Assembly (NCBI GenBank): GCA_965227405.1
Contig: OZ245758.1
Location: 1,449,693 to 1,513,692 of the forward strand
Direction: 5' to 3'
Length of the DNA stretch: 64,000 nt
DNA from: Polyangiales bacterium
GTDB taxonomy: Bacteria; Myxococcota_A; Polyangia; Polyangiales; Houyiibacteriaceae
Within the stretch, counting starts at the first letter, position 1. Each line of letters starts with the position of its first letter. A program made the position numbers and the translations under genes. Positions 62,622 through 64,000 of the stretch are shown here, piece after piece. Under the pieces are notes generated by a model that was given only the letters and a program-made list of their open reading frames with translations, was not told the origin of the DNA and searched no databases.

Positions 62622-63253
62622 GGTTCCATGCAGAGGTCCGCCTCACAGGTCCAACCTGCTGGGCAGGGACAGGGAGGACGTTTGCAGCGACCTTCGTCAC
62701 AAACGTAGGGAGCGGGACAACTTCCGCAGCTCACCAACGCACAACGCCCCGAGCCCAAGCACTGCCAACCCGGTCCACAGTCGTCGTCGGTGTCGCAGTC
62801 CCGAATGCAAGTCGCAAACTCACTGCAGCTCGTTCCGCTCGGACAGCTGCCATCTGTGCATCCTAAACAGATTCCACCCGGTGCTTCGCGGTTGCACGAC
62901 GCGGATGGACCTGAGCAGTCCTCGCTGCTTCGACACTGAACCGGAATGGGTGCTCCAGCGTCGGGGACTGGACCTGCATCAGCACCGGCATCGCCACCGG
63001 CATCGGTTCCAGCGTCAGCGCCTGCGTCGTCTGCAGCAGCGTCGGTCGCCGCATCATCCCCAGCGTCCCCGCCCGCATCCGCTGAAGACGCATCGGTTGA
63101 AGAAGCATCCGTCGCCGCGTCATCGCCCGGCCCCGAGTCGGGAGTCGTCGCGTCCGCCCCAGAATCGCGACTGGTCGACGCGTCCGCCATGGGTCGACTC
63201 GAGTCATCACCACACGCGAGCGCAAAACATGTCAGCAGCACCCAAATTCTCAC
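62618..63253 (-). CDS. Secreted lipoprotein with an acidic low-complexity (D/A/G/T) linker and a C-terminal Cys-rich module (about 20 Cys)
   Basis: MRIWVLLTCFALACGDD lipobox. Repeats DAGxDAG... Confidence 0.55.
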   Translation of the reverse strand: MRIWVLLTCFALACGDDSSRPMADASTSRDSGADATTPDSGPGDDAATDASSTDASSADAGGDAGDDAATDAAADDAGADAGTDAGGDAGADAGPVPDAGAPIPVQCRSSEDCSGPSASCNREAPGGICLGCTDGSCPSGTSCSEFATCIRDCDTDDDCGPGWQCLGSGRCALVSCGSCPAPYVCDEGRCKRPPCPCPAGWTCEADLCMEP

Positions 63254-63366
63254 GACAAGACTCTAGCTCGCCGGGTCTCGCCTTTGCACGCCTTTGCAAG
63301 GCTTTGAACTCTTCCGGAAAATGAACGGTATCCCACCCCACCAAACCGCCCGCGGTATGCTCCACA

Positions 63367-64000
63367 CATGAAGTTTGCCGCCGAGGTGATCGACGGAAAC
63401 GCCGTACCGCTCGTGGCGGACGCACCCCCGCAAACCGTCGATGCCCCCAACGGCTCCATCGTGTTGGTCGAGGGTGACGACGTTCAAGTCCTGGCCCCCG
63501 CGGGCAGTGCCAAAGCCGCTCTATACCGAGTTGCCGGACGCAACGGCATGAACCCCGCGTTTCCTGACGCTGTACTCGCCGAAGTCGAAGCCTGGGAACG
63601 CGAACCGCATATCCACGACGCCGACCTCGACGACCTTACCCACCTCGCCTTCGTCACCATCGACGGAAAGACCAGCCGAGACCTCGACCAAGCTCTGCAC
63701 ATCGAAGCTGACGGTGAGGGACACATCGTTCGTTACGCACTCGCAGACGCGGCCTTCTACGTCCGGCCTGGAACCGCACTCTTCGATGAAGCCTTGCGAC
63801 GCGGCGCCAGCTACTACCTGCCCGGCGTCATGATTCCGATGTTGCCGCGCGCACTTTCGGAAGGCTTGGTCTCGCTCAACCCCAACGTCGACCGCCGCTC
63901 GCTCGTGTTCACGATGAAGCTCGACGCAGAAGGCCGCTGCACATCGACCACACTGAGCCGTGCGCGCATCCGCAGTCGCGCCAAGTTGGATTGGGGCGGT
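63367..64000 (+). CDS. RNB-domain exoribonuclease (RNase II/R family), N-terminal part. Runs off the window.
   Basis: Open to the window edge, so absent from the ORF track. FVTIDGKTSRDLDQALHIE matches the RNB signature (IDxxxAxDLDDA). Confidence 0.65.

Overview
High-GC (~65-70%) bacterial chromosomal window. It is most consistent with a myxobacterium (Myxococcota), possibly a marine Nannocystineae-like lineage. The pointers are a MYXO-CTERM-type sorting tail, three DUF1592/DUF1552 gene pairs, a Lys-rich TopA tail, and MopE-like DNDCDG Cys repeats. Genes are densely packed, and many neighbours are translationally coupled through ATGA/GTGA/TGATG stop-start overlaps. Main content, left to right: (1) a giant secreted VWA plus Cys-repeat protein, partial at the 5' edge; (2) an alpha/beta hydrolase, a LolA-like protein, and a palindromic repeat cluster; (3) a 10-gene translationally coupled lipid-biosynthesis operon, the best candidate for an undescribed system (pseudo-HAD, two NAD_binding_4 reductases, pyruvyl-transferase-like protein, crotonase, ACP, AMP-ligase, DAG-kinase-like lipid kinase, AGPAT, TetR), preceded by paired palindromic operator-like repeats; (4) a ~650 bp repeat-rich spacer with (TTTCGG)8 and a ~250 bp hexamer microsatellite that has (Asp-Cys)n coding potential; (5) AGXT aminotransferase; (6) three DUF1592(CxxCH)/DUF1552(Tat) pairs in mirror arrangement with DUF1566 and beta-helix lipoproteins; (7) tandem small coiled-coil paralogs; (8) a MYXO-CTERM matrixin, HmgA, an Fe-ADH, and a Dam-family methyltransferase; (9) a metal-homeostasis islet (ArsR/SmtB, His-rich protein, ZIP-DUF318 permease fusion with a (HG)n tail); (10) TopA, a Zn-ribbon protein, and a membrane sulfatase; (11) an FG-GAP lipoprotein and a lower-GC3 accessory patch carrying a SUKH (SMI1/KNR4) immunity-like gene; (12) L31 type B, HemB, SDR, a metallophosphoesterase, and an RNB exoribonuclease, partial at the 3' edge. 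A previously unannotated family of dispersed ~35-90 bp palindromic repeat elements has at least 5 copies. Many long ORFs in the six-frame track are antisense artefacts of high GC. All coordinates derived by hand counting are +/-2 nt.
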